This document shows positions 1 to 8,341 of a stretch of 36,452 nt of DNA, piece by piece. The notes under the pieces were generated by a model. The model was given only the letters and a program-made list of their open reading frames with translations. It was not told the DNA's origin and made no database searches. This stretch comes from a bacterium (lineage in GTDB: Bacteria > Sumerlaeota > Sumerlaeia > SLMS01), in assembly GCA_030431385.1 (NCBI GenBank), contig JAUIJJ010000001.1, positions 1-36,452 of the forward strand, read 5' to 3'. Numbering within the stretch: position 1 is the stretch's first letter; each line of letters opens with the position of its first letter. The translations under genes and the position numbers were made by a program.

Positions 1-171
1 GATCCAAGGTGAGATATAGGAAATGACAACATCTGGGTTTGAAGGAAGATCAGCTGGGTATGGATCACCTCCCCTGCCGAGACGAACATGCACATCGCCC
101 CATTCGTGCAAGTAATCGGCAACCTGTTTCACTCCAGGTTTTCCTTCTTTTGCGAATAACAGAAACTCCAT
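1..171 (-). CDS. 5' fragment (57 codons) of a gene running off the left edge; possibly a sugar N-formyltransferase-like protein
   Basis: Not in the supplied ORF track because it has no stop inside the window. The minus-strand ATG at 171..169 overlaps the TAA stop (173..171) of the upstream nucleotidyltransferase gene by 1 nt (TAATG). My hand translation of the reverse complement is open for all 57 codons: MEFLLFAKEGKPGVKQVADYLHEWGDVHVRLGRGGDPYPADLPSNPDVVISYISPWI. The PDVVISYISPWI segment resembles the xDhhhxxxYxxxIL motif of formyltransferase N-terminal domains (Fmt/PurN/ArnA type). The CDS itself is likely; the product call is tentative. Confidence 0.5.
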   Translation of the reverse strand, partial: MEFLLFAKEGKPGVKQVADYLHEWGDVHVRLGRGGDPYPADLPSNPDVVISYISPWI

Positions 172-881
172 TAGTTCTCACCAGAGTCCTTGAAATGTTC
201 TTCATAAATCTGGCGGGCCTGCTCGTAGTCTTCAACGACGCCGATGTCGACCCAGTACTCTTTGAGCAGGTGACGAGTCACGGGTGCTTTTGCCTCAAGT
301 AAGTCGCGAATCAGTTGGTCCATGCCGAAGTATTCATTGTTAGGTATGTACTCGAAAATTTCCGGTTTCATGACATACATTCCAGCGACAATTTCAAACT
401 TCAAATCGGGCTTCTCTTCGACCTCTTTGATGTAGACACCATCGGTGATAATGTTGCCGAACCTGAAGGGGGTTGTGATGAACTTTGTCACAACAGTCAG
501 TGGGGAATCGGCGTACCGATTGGCTGTTTCCATGATCTCCGAAAAGTTCGCCTTCGTGAGAATGTCGCCATTCATCACGAGAAACGGCTCGTGCAGTTCA
601 TCTCGCAGAAGAGACAGAGGCCCCGCAGTTCCCAGCCTCATTTCCTCAATACTGTAGTGAATCTTGATACCGTAGCGATCACCATCGCCGAGGAAGGATT
701 CCACGTATTCGGATTTGTGCCCGAGCGCGAGAAACACTTCAGTAAAGCCGTGGGACTTCAATAGGTCGAATTGGAGCTCTAGTAGCGACTTTTCCCCCAC
801 GGGGAGGAGGGGCTTGGGAATGACGTCGGTGAAGGGTTTGAGGCGCGAGCCTAGCCCCCCGGCAAGAATGACAACTTTCAT
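171..881 (-). CDS. sugar-1-phosphate nucleotidyltransferase (NTP_transferase family, RmlA/ManC-like)
   Basis: 236-aa ORF. The N-terminus MKVVILAGGLGSRLKPFTDVIPKPLLPV matches the canonical GxGxR(L)xPxT...KPhhPh nucleotidyltransferase signature. The start ATG overlaps the upstream stop as ATGA (878-881). Confidence 0.9.
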   Translation of the reverse strand: MKVVILAGGLGSRLKPFTDVIPKPLLPVGEKSLLELQFDLLKSHGFTEVFLALGHKSEYVESFLGDGDRYGIKIHYSIEEMRLGTAGPLSLLRDELHEPFLVMNGDILTKANFSEIMETANRYADSPLTVVTKFITTPFRFGNIITDGVYIKEVEEKPDLKFEIVAGMYVMKPEIFEYIPNNEYFGMDQLIRDLLEAKAPVTRHLLKEYWVDIGVVEDYEQARQIYEEHFKDSGEN

Positions 882-2035
882 TGGAGGTTCGATTCTGATG
901 GAGACACGCTGATTGTTTGACGTGAACCACGGTTGAGTGTTGAGCGAAGCATGTCGCAGGCCTCTCTGATTCGCTCGAGCGAATTGAGAGTTGAGCTCGG
1001 CAGAGTGAGCCCCTCCGATGCCAAAGTCGAAGCGTTGGGGAAGTCCTCGCGAGTTCCATGTTGGCTATATGGTGGAAAGTCTGTAATTGGCATAAAGACG
1101 CGGCGCGTCGGCACGCCTTGCGCCAGCATGTCTGTTTGGAAGCCGGGAAGATCGAATCCTTCTCTCTCGATCCTGATACAAGTCAGCCAACGGGCATTCA
1201 CACTATTGGGCTGATCCTGTTGCAGCGATACTCCATCGAGGTCGCTCAGCCCCTTTTCATAGATAGTGGCGAATGTTTTCTTTAACTGTAGAAAGCTATC
1301 GAGCTGTTCCAACTGAGCGAGCCCGATTGCGGCCTCGATGTTTGTCATTCGGTAGTTGAATCCAACTTCCGGGTGGAAGTACTTCTTCCCGCGATCGTGA
1401 GCCTGGTTGACTAGAAACTGGATATGATCAAGCCGCTCGGCGTTGTTACTAACAACAAGCCCTCCACCACCGGTCGTGATCATTTTGTTGCCGTTAAAAC
1501 TGAAGCAGCCAAAGTCCCCCATCGTGCCAGAGGCGCGGCCTCCGTAGCTTGTTCCCAAGCTCTCCGTGGCATCCTCGATCACATAAACATTGTGGCGACG
1601 AGCGATGGCGATGATTGCGTCCATATTGGCCGAGTTCCCATAAAGGTGAACCGGTATGATCGCCTTCGTCTTATCAGTTATCGCCGCTTCGATGCGAGAC
1701 GGATCTATTGTCCACTCGTCCAGTGTAACATCGACAAAAACCGGCGTCGCGCCAACATAGGAGACTGGATTCACAGTAGCGATGAATGTCATCGCGGGAA
1801 CAATAACCTCGTCGCCGGGGCCAATTCCGAGTTCGTGAAGTGCCATGTGCAGCGAAGCGGTCCCGCTTTGCGTAGACACGGCCTGTTTAACGCCAAGGAC
1901 CGCCGCCATCCTCTCTTGGAACCGGTCGACAAGCGGACCCACGACTGAGACAAAGCCGCTCTCGACGGCCTCGATCAACATGCGTTTCTCCGCTTCGCCT
2001 ACTTTCGGTGCATCAAGATGGATGCGCTCAGACAT
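878..2035 (-). CDS. DegT/DnrJ/EryC1/StrS-family PLP-dependent sugar aminotransferase
   Basis: Family-typical segments: SGTASLHMAL, GDEVIVPAMTFIAT, IPVHLYG, DFGCFSFNGNKMITTGGGG (Lys in the FxxxK context). I place the start at the ATG at 2035 (MSERIHLDAPKVG...), which overlaps the stop of the upstream gene by 8 nt (ATGTCTGA). The ORF-track start at 2113 lies inside the upstream gene. Confidence 0.9.
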   Translation of the reverse strand: MSERIHLDAPKVGEAEKRMLIEAVESGFVSVVGPLVDRFQERMAAVLGVKQAVSTQSGTASLHMALHELGIGPGDEVIVPAMTFIATVNPVSYVGATPVFVDVTLDEWTIDPSRIEAAITDKTKAIIPVHLYGNSANMDAIIAIARRHNVYVIEDATESLGTSYGGRASGTMGDFGCFSFNGNKMITTGGGGLVVSNNAERLDHIQFLVNQAHDRGKKYFHPEVGFNYRMTNIEAAIGLAQLEQLDSFLQLKKTFATIYEKGLSDLDGVSLQQDQPNSVNARWLTCIRIEREGFDLPGFQTDMLAQGVPTRRVFMPITDFPPYSQHGTREDFPNASTLASEGLTLPSSTLNSLERIREACDMLRSTLNRGSRQTISVSPSESNLQ

Positions 2036-3026
2036 TGTAGATTCCCGCCTTATACTGCTTGAGATTTTCACCTTTCGAGAACCAGACGATGGTCTCATCA
2101 AGACCGTCCTCAAAGGTATACGCCGGCTTCCAACGCGTCAATCTGGTGATCAACTCGTTATCGCCGAGCAGCCTTTCAACCTCGCTCTTTGATGGGCGCA
2201 CCCTCTGGTCTTCGGCCACAATTCGCGTATCTGGTGCCAATCGCTCAACCAGTTTCTCCGCCAGCTGGCCGATCGATACTTCTTGGCAAGTGGCGATGTT
2301 CACCTCTCGGCCGAGTGTTTCTTCGGACCGTGCCAGTTCGATGAACCCCCGAGCCGTGTCCTTGACATAGACAAAATCGCGCGTCGGGTGCAACGACCCG
2401 AGCCGAATCTCGGGAAGCTTGTTCAGTAGTTGGGTGATGATTGTCGGGATGACAGCCCGAGCGGATTGGCGAGGGCCAAAGGTGTTAAATGGTCTGACGA
2501 TTGTAACAGGTAACTCGAAGCTCTTCCAAAACGATTCCGCCAGTGCGTCCGCTGCAATTTTTGTGGCCGAGTAAGGCGACTGCCCCTGGCGTGGGTGCTT
2601 CTCATTGATCGGTGCGTAGAGTGCGGTTCCGTATACTTCTGACGTAGAAGTGACCAGTGTGCGCTCCACCTCTAAATCGCGCGCCGCCTGCAGCACGTTC
2701 AACGTTCCGATCATGTTGGTCTGAACATAGCTGGCCGGTGAATGGTAACTAAACGGAATTCCAATAAGCGCCGCGAGATGGAACACAATCTCGCAATCTT
2801 TCATTGCAGTCCGCACACCGTTCCCATCGGCGATGTCACCTGTAAATACGTCGACGTTTTCCATCACCTCCGGGGAGAGGGTATCCAGCCACCCCCACCT
2901 GTTGAAAGAGTTATAGTGAACGAACGCGCGAATGCGGCAGCCTTCCGAAACCAGCGCCTCCACGAGATGGCTGCCAATAAACCCGCCCGCGCCGGTTACC
3001 AGTACTGACTTCCCTTTGAATTCCAT
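2028..3026 (-). CDS. extended-SDR NAD-dependent NDP-sugar 4,6-dehydratase/epimerase family protein
   Basis: Rossmann motif VLVTGAGGFIGSHL, STSEVYG (compare S/TDEVYG of 4,6-dehydratases) and catalytic YSATK (YxxxK). The ORF-track start at 3032 is a TTG; the first ATG is at 3026 (MEFKGKSVLVTG...). Confidence 0.9.
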   Translation of the reverse strand: MEFKGKSVLVTGAGGFIGSHLVEALVSEGCRIRAFVHYNSFNRWGWLDTLSPEVMENVDVFTGDIADGNGVRTAMKDCEIVFHLAALIGIPFSYHSPASYVQTNMIGTLNVLQAARDLEVERTLVTSTSEVYGTALYAPINEKHPRQGQSPYSATKIAADALAESFWKSFELPVTIVRPFNTFGPRQSARAVIPTIITQLLNKLPEIRLGSLHPTRDFVYVKDTARGFIELARSEETLGREVNIATCQEVSIGQLAEKLVERLAPDTRIVAEDQRVRPSKSEVERLLGDNELITRLTRWKPAYTFEDGLDETIVWFSKGENLKQYKAGIYNV

Positions 3027-3042
3027 GCTCAAATCAACCTTT

Positions 3043-4500
3043 TCATGATGACAATCCGATACGTTGTCGCACCTGTTTCCATTCGGCCGAGCTAACCTCT
3101 CCCGAGACGCTCAGCGCAATACCATAAACAGCAACACCAACAGCGACGCCCGATAGCACATTCACGATAACCGAATCGGTGAGGTGGTGTCCAATGAAGT
3201 ATGCGGGGACGGCCATGGCTGTGGCGCAGAGCCCCGCGCGGGCCAATGTCCAGGTGGGAAAGCGCCACGTCATGTATCGCTTTGATATGAAAACCACCAA
3301 CGCCGTCATGAAGATGTAACTAATCGTCGTCGCGACGGCTGCTGCATAGTAACCATACTCGGGAATCAGTATCATGTTCAGAATGATATTCAGTGCGGTC
3401 GCGGCGAGAACACAGTACATATTGATACCTGTCTTTTTACTCAGCGTGAAAACAGCAGTGTAGCGGTGCGCAACGCCGAGAAAAAAGACGCCCAAGATAA
3501 TCCACGGGATGATCGTCCACGCCTCATGGTACTGCTCACTCGTGAGAAGCTCGATGAGCGGCTTGGCGAGCACGCAGAGCCCCATGCCTGCGGGGATTCC
3601 CATGATCAAGTACATACGAGTAGCAGATGTGCGGAGTTTCTGTGAACTCTCGATCCCTTCGCTTTCCCATAGCTTGTAAGCAATCGGACCTTCTGCCATG
3701 AGAAACGCAGCGATGACGAAATTCATCGTTCGTTCGGTGATACTATAACTGGCCGAGTACAGCCCAACTTCATCCGACCCACGAAGCCATTCAATGAGAT
3801 ATCGATCAGCGAGACTAAGCGCCCATGTGCTCAAACTAACAACAGCAATAGGAACGCCGAAGGCCGCCATCTCGACGACGACCTTCCTCGAGATAACAGG
3901 CATGCCCACGAGGGTGTCTCTAGTGAAAATCGACCCCAATAGAAATGGGAAAACGATCACGGTGGAAATCGTGTTCCCCCAAAACATCGCCTCGATGCCA
4001 TAGTTCCATTTAACTACCATCACCAGCCCGATAACCGTACCAACTATGCTTTTCCAGCAGGTGAAGATAGAGTACAAGCCGGACTTGAACCGGGCACGCA
4101 ACAACGTCATCCACGAGAAGTACATCCCGTTGACGAGAAATGTCAGCAATGCGGCCTCAATGAATGGATCGCTCTCGAGTTCCGACTGCATGATGAGCAA
4201 CCAAAATCCGAGAGCCACCAAACCGGGTATCAACACGCTCAGTAGAAGATAGGTGTTGATCAATTGGGGCAGTTTGCCCTCGCGCTCATACTGTGGTAGT
4301 AGCCGAAGCGTAGATGAATTGGTCCACGCGTAGGAGAGAATACCCAGCACAGTCAATGTTGCCAGATACAGAATGTAGCGACCATAATCTGCGGGGTCGA
4401 AGTGGTGAGTTAGGATCGGTAGAGATACCAACGCCACGAAAGCGGGGAGCACGTGAGACGGGGCGTACTTGGCGATGTCTGCTAGGAACCCCTTTGTCAT
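3043..4500 (-). CDS. wzx: polysaccharide/oligosaccharide flippase (MOP superfamily, Wzx-like), multi-pass membrane protein
   Basis: 485 aa, hydrophobic throughout with about 12-14 predicted helices. The N-terminus (FLADIAKYAPSHVLPAFVALVSLPILTHHFDPADYG) is typical of the Polysacc_synt family. It is the first gene of the sugar-biosynthesis operon. Confidence 0.85.
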   Translation of the reverse strand: MTKGFLADIAKYAPSHVLPAFVALVSLPILTHHFDPADYGRYILYLATLTVLGILSYAWTNSSTLRLLPQYEREGKLPQLINTYLLLSVLIPGLVALGFWLLIMQSELESDPFIEAALLTFLVNGMYFSWMTLLRARFKSGLYSIFTCWKSIVGTVIGLVMVVKWNYGIEAMFWGNTISTVIVFPFLLGSIFTRDTLVGMPVISRKVVVEMAAFGVPIAVVSLSTWALSLADRYLIEWLRGSDEVGLYSASYSITERTMNFVIAAFLMAEGPIAYKLWESEGIESSQKLRTSATRMYLIMGIPAGMGLCVLAKPLIELLTSEQYHEAWTIIPWIILGVFFLGVAHRYTAVFTLSKKTGINMYCVLAATALNIILNMILIPEYGYYAAAVATTISYIFMTALVVFISKRYMTWRFPTWTLARAGLCATAMAVPAYFIGHHLTDSVIVNVLSGVAVGVAVYGIALSVSGEVSSAEWKQVRQRIGLSS

Positions 4501-4690
4501 CTTGCGACCTGTGCGATCTCCCTGATCTCGTGCGCTCGCCCCTTATGGCGACGGGTAGGCTGCATGGCGCCTCGGCGGGAGGCAATCGTTTAGCACGGCA
4601 CCATTGCCTCGCCAAAAACTCCCTTTGCCAACCGAGACCGAGTGTCATCACTCTCGCTCGATACCCTAGACGGATGCCCCCGCCCCTTCG
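4501..4690. promoter_or_regulatory. divergent intergenic region between the wzx operon (-) and the GT4/GT2 operon (+)
   Basis: 190 bp separate two divergently oriented first genes, so promoters for both units should lie here. I could not pick out convincing -35/-10 boxes. Confidence 0.4.
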
Positions 4691-6031
4691 ATGGCCGCCA
4701 CCCCAAATCGAATCCTGATAGTAACGCACGGTTTCCCCCCGCTGGATCGGGGAAGCACAGTTCGTGTGACGTGCTTCACAAAGTACCTTCCCCATTTCGG
4801 GTGGATCCCGTCTGTTCTGACTGTGAAGCAGCACATAGCCGTTTCGCGGGGGGAGCGCAGTTTCGACCTCCCCCCGGACTTTCCCGACGCAGTGCGCATC
4901 ATTCGCACGGACGTGGCGAAATCGGCAGCGAAGCCCTCCACGGAAACAGCAGCGTCCGATGCGCCCCGCACTCCCCCACAACCGTCACTCGTTCAGTCAC
5001 TGGCTGGCAGATTCAAGAAAGCGATCGAGTATCTTGTCGCCTTTCCCGACACGCTCCTATGGTGGTATCCGAACGCGATGGCGGCCGGCCTGAAAGAAAT
5101 CGCTGAAGGCGATTGCCAGATCATTCTTGCGACGGCTCCTCCCTTTACGAACTTCATTGTCGCGTGGCGGCTAGCAAAGAAATCAGGCCTCCCGCTGGTC
5201 CTCGATTTCCGCGACGAGTGGAGCACGAATCCACTGTTTATGGATCAGTTCATCTTCTACAAAAGATGGCTGGCGAGAAGGATCGAGAAGCGGATGATCG
5301 CCCTCGCTGAATTGGTGATTACGCCGACAGTTCCATCGACGAGGAACCTAGGGCGAAACGCGGGCGCTGATTCTCAATCGAAGTTTCTGACAATCCCCAA
5401 TGGGTTCGACCCAGCGACGATCCCGACGGATACCTCTCACGCTGCGGCGAAGGACAAGGTCGTCCTCGCCCACACCGGGACGCTCTCCCCCGCCCGGAAT
5501 CCGGTACCATTTTTCACCGCCATTCAGGAGGTCATGGCAGAGAAGCCGGAGCTTCGCGACAAGGTCGAGATCGTATTCATCGGTGCGATTGATCCCATCT
5601 GGGACGAGGCGTTCGCCCATTGGTCGAAGCTCTTTCCTATCGTGGTGAAGAATTCCTTACCCGCCAACGAGTTACTCCAGTGGTTCGCCGACGAGGTCAC
5701 CGTCGGGCTCATCTTTCAGGGTAGCGGCGATGGCGGAAAGCGCGCGATTCCGGGCAAGCTCTACGAGTACTTCGCGCTCGGCAAGGTGGTCCTGTGCATG
5801 GACGACCCCGACGGCGCGACGTCGCAGATGCTTACCGCGATGGGGCTCGACTTGCTTGCGCCATTGAACGATCCGAAGGCCATCGCTGCTCAGCTGAAAC
5901 GATTCCTCGCGGAAGCCTCCGAGTACCAAGCCAAGTACACTTTGCCCCCGAATGTCTTGGGGAAGTTTGACCGAAAGCAACAGGCGGGAGAGCTCGCTTC
6001 TGCGCTCGATCGGATCGGTAAGCAACGATGA
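4691..6031 (+). CDS. GT-B fold glycosyltransferase (GT4-like)
   Basis: 446 aa. The N-terminus RILIVTHGFPPLDRGSTVR and the C-terminal IPGKLYEYFALGKVVL (the E-x7-E-region equivalent) are typical of group-1/GT4-like transferases. Confidence 0.75.
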   Translation: MAATPNRILIVTHGFPPLDRGSTVRVTCFTKYLPHFGWIPSVLTVKQHIAVSRGERSFDLPPDFPDAVRIIRTDVAKSAAKPSTETAASDAPRTPPQPSLVQSLAGRFKKAIEYLVAFPDTLLWWYPNAMAAGLKEIAEGDCQIILATAPPFTNFIVAWRLAKKSGLPLVLDFRDEWSTNPLFMDQFIFYKRWLARRIEKRMIALAELVITPTVPSTRNLGRNAGADSQSKFLTIPNGFDPATIPTDTSHAAAKDKVVLAHTGTLSPARNPVPFFTAIQEVMAEKPELRDKVEIVFIGAIDPIWDEAFAHWSKLFPIVVKNSLPANELLQWFADEVTVGLIFQGSGDGGKRAIPGKLYEYFALGKVVLCMDDPDGATSQMLTAMGLDLLAPLNDPKAIAAQLKRFLAEASEYQAKYTLPPNVLGKFDRKQQAGELASALDRIGKQR

Positions 6032-7008
6032 CTGATGGGAACGCGAAGAGCCTTTTGGTATCGATCATCACGCCCTGTTGGAACGCCGAGCGCTTCATCA
6101 CCGAGTGCTACGAATCCATCTGCGCGCAGAGCTACGAGAGCTGGGAGTGGATCGTTTCCGACGACGGCTCGACCGACCGATCGGTGGAAGTACTCAAGAA
6201 GATTGCCGAGGCGGACCCTCGCGTCCGGGTCATCGAACCGGCGAAGGCAAGCCTCCCCGCGCGGATGAGAAACGCTGCGATGGCGGTTGCCGAGGGCGAC
6301 CTCTTCGCGTTCCTTGATGTGGACGATCTCTTCGCGGAGGGACGTCTCAAGCACGGGGTCGAGTATCTGGGCGAACATCACGAAGTCGATCTGGTGTACT
6401 CGTGGGTCGAGGAGTTTTGGGAGGAACCCGGGCGGCCTCCCATTTTTTGGCCTCGAATTGAGCTGCCCGACGACCCCCTCAAACTCCTCCTGAGGAAAGG
6501 AACCTTCATCTGCACCTCCTCTGTGATGTTTCGCCGCAAGATCTACGACGAACTCGGCGGAATGTCGGAGGACCCACGGCTGAGGGTTGCCGACGACTTG
6601 GAGTTTCTGATCGCGGCCGCTGACCACCATCGCTTTGGGCGCGTGGAGGGTCGGCTCGCGAAGTACCGCGTTCACGGTTCGGGGATTTCTCGCGAAGACA
6701 CCTTCATCTGGAACGAGGGCTTGAAGAGCGAGTTGGAGAAGAACGGAATTCTTTCGGGGAAGTACGGCGGGTACTACCTTTCAAACTTCTACTTCAAGCG
6801 CGCGGAAAAACATCTCGGTGAGCCAGAAGCCCGCGTGAGGTCAGATTTCCTGCGGGCGATCCTTCACGACCCGACCTATGTACGCCGCTGGGTTGGCGGC
6901 CTGTCGTTGCTCATGCCGCGCAAACTCCTCATCAAGATCTATCACAGACTGAAGCGATCGCAGGCAACCATCGAGAAGGATTCCGCCTTTCCCGATGGGA
7001 GCGCGTGA
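6028..7008 (+). CDS. family 2 glycosyltransferase (GT-A fold)
   Basis: VSIITPCWNAERFITECYESICAQSYESWEWIVSDDGSTDRS followed by FLDVDD (DxD) are the classic GT2 signatures. The start overlaps the GT4 stop as ATGA (6028-6031). Confidence 0.9.
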   Translation: MTDGNAKSLLVSIITPCWNAERFITECYESICAQSYESWEWIVSDDGSTDRSVEVLKKIAEADPRVRVIEPAKASLPARMRNAAMAVAEGDLFAFLDVDDLFAEGRLKHGVEYLGEHHEVDLVYSWVEEFWEEPGRPPIFWPRIELPDDPLKLLLRKGTFICTSSVMFRRKIYDELGGMSEDPRLRVADDLEFLIAAADHHRFGRVEGRLAKYRVHGSGISREDTFIWNEGLKSELEKNGILSGKYGGYYLSNFYFKRAEKHLGEPEARVRSDFLRAILHDPTYVRRWVGGLSLLMPRKLLIKIYHRLKRSQATIEKDSAFPDGSA

Positions 7009-7159
7009 GCGCGCCGGCGGCGCATTCCATGACGTTCTAATCCCCGAACACCGCGGTGCGCCGTCCTCGGAATGCGATTGACTCAGCCGGGCTGGATTTA
7101 TTTCATCGCAGGTTTAGTTGCGCCGGATAAGGGCGCAACCAGGAGAAGGGGAGTGCATT

Positions 7160-8176
7160 ATGTCGGAAGCATGTGCGGAACAATCATCGGAGAAGGTGCG
7201 CGTCACCAACTCGGAAATCGCGGAGATGATCCGGTCCAACGACCGGTTTCTCATCGTTAGTCACCAGCGGCCCGACGGCGATTGCATCGGATCGACGATG
7301 GGACTGCTCTTGGGACTTCGCGCTCTTGGGAAAACGGTCGCAGCCTATAACTCCACGGGCCTGACCGAGAAGTGGAGTTTCGTGCCCTGCTGGCAGGAAA
7401 TCCGCACCTCGATGCCCGAGTGGACGCCGAACGTGACGATCTTCGTGGATTGCGGTTCGGCTGCCCGCGTAAGAGACGGGTTCCGCGCACCGGGCATTTC
7501 CATCAACATCGACCACCACATCACAAACGATTGCTTCGGCGACTTCAACCTGATCGAGGTCGAGGCCTGCGCCGTTGGCGAGCAAATCTACAATCTGCTG
7601 AAGGAACTCGGCGTGGAAGTCGATAGCGACATCGCCAGCTCAATCTACCTTTCAATCATGAGCGACACGGGGAGCTTTCGCTACTCGAACACAAGCGCGA
7701 GGGCGTTCCACATCGCCGGCGAGATGGTGAGCGCGGGGGCCAACCCGGGCGAGACCTGCCAGCGCGTCTACGAATCCAAGAGCAAAGGCGAGATGGCGCT
7801 GATCGCTCAGGTTCTCAACCGATTGAACTACGAGGAAGAAGAAACTTTCGTTTGGAGCGAGTTGCTCCAGGCCGACTACCAGGCTAACGGTGGCCCCGAA
7901 TCCGAGCCCGAGGGTCTCGTCAGCGACATCCGCGCGGTCAACGGCGTCGAGGTTTCCTGCCTCATGCACGAGCTTCCCAATGGCGAAGGCATCCGTGCCG
8001 GTTGGCGCGGTAAAGGCAACGTCGACTGCACGGCGATCGCCGAGGCGTGCGGCGGCGGCGGGCACTTCAACGCAGCCGGTGCGATGATTCGGGGCGTGAC
8101 CTACGAGGAAGGTAAGCGAAAGGTGCTCGAGACCTCTCGCCGCGTCGTCGCTGAATGGGTCAGTAAAAACCGTTAA
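7160..8176 (+). CDS. nrnA: DHH/DHHA1-family phosphoesterase (NrnA-like oligoribonuclease / pAp phosphatase)
   Basis: Motifs HQRPDGDCIGS, NIDHHITN (DHH) and GGGGHFNAAGA (DHHA1 GGGH). The ATG at 7160 is preceded by AGGAGAAGGGGAG. The ORF-track start at 7118 is a TTG that falls inside an upstream hairpin. Confidence 0.85.
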   Translation: MSEACAEQSSEKVRVTNSEIAEMIRSNDRFLIVSHQRPDGDCIGSTMGLLLGLRALGKTVAAYNSTGLTEKWSFVPCWQEIRTSMPEWTPNVTIFVDCGSAARVRDGFRAPGISINIDHHITNDCFGDFNLIEVEACAVGEQIYNLLKELGVEVDSDIASSIYLSIMSDTGSFRYSNTSARAFHIAGEMVSAGANPGETCQRVYESKSKGEMALIAQVLNRLNYEEEETFVWSELLQADYQANGGPESEPEGLVSDIRAVNGVEVSCLMHELPNGEGIRAGWRGKGNVDCTAIAEACGGGGHFNAAGAMIRGVTYEEGKRKVLETSRRVVAEWVSKNR

Positions 8177-8211
8177 CGCAGTTCTTGCGCCGCAGGGGCG
8201 CGATGATTGAC

Positions 8212-8248
8212 AAAATGGCGTGTGCAATTGCACACGCCATTTTTCTTT
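8212..8248 (+). terminator. Rho-independent terminator after nrnA (potentially bidirectional)
   Basis: A perfect 32-nt palindrome, AAAATGGCGTGTGCAA/TTGCACACGCCATTTT (8212-8243), gives a GC-rich stem GGCGTGTGC/GCACACGCC with an AATT loop. It runs into TTTTTCTTT and begins 36 nt after the nrnA stop. Confidence 0.8.
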
Positions 8249-8341
8249 GCGCAACGCTTGCACAGAAAGCGACCCGGAACGATGTCAAACGCGGCCAAGC
8301 CCACCCTCTCTTCAGGTATCAACGGCGAAACGAAGGAAACC

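Noticed and set aside
39-302. 87-aa plus-strand ORF at the left edge
   Set aside because: It overlaps the nucleotidyltransferase gene and the edge-truncated minus-strand gene, which are coupled by TAATG. It has no motif.
4547-4560. ops/JUMPStart-like element (GGCGACGGGTAGGC) upstream of the glycosyltransferase genes
   Set aside because: It does not match the ops core GGCGGTAG, because it has an extra base and a G-for-C difference. RfaH-type control cannot be inferred.
4286-5106. ORFs 4286-4981 (-), 4314-4718 (+) and 4642-5106 (+) crossing the divergent intergenic region
   Set aside because: They overlap the well-supported wzx and GT4 genes in other frames or strands. They are very Arg/Pro/Gly-rich and have no recognisable domain.
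5890-6675. 261-aa minus-strand ORF
   Set aside because: It is antisense to the GT4/GT2 junction. The GT2 signature on the plus strand is unambiguous.
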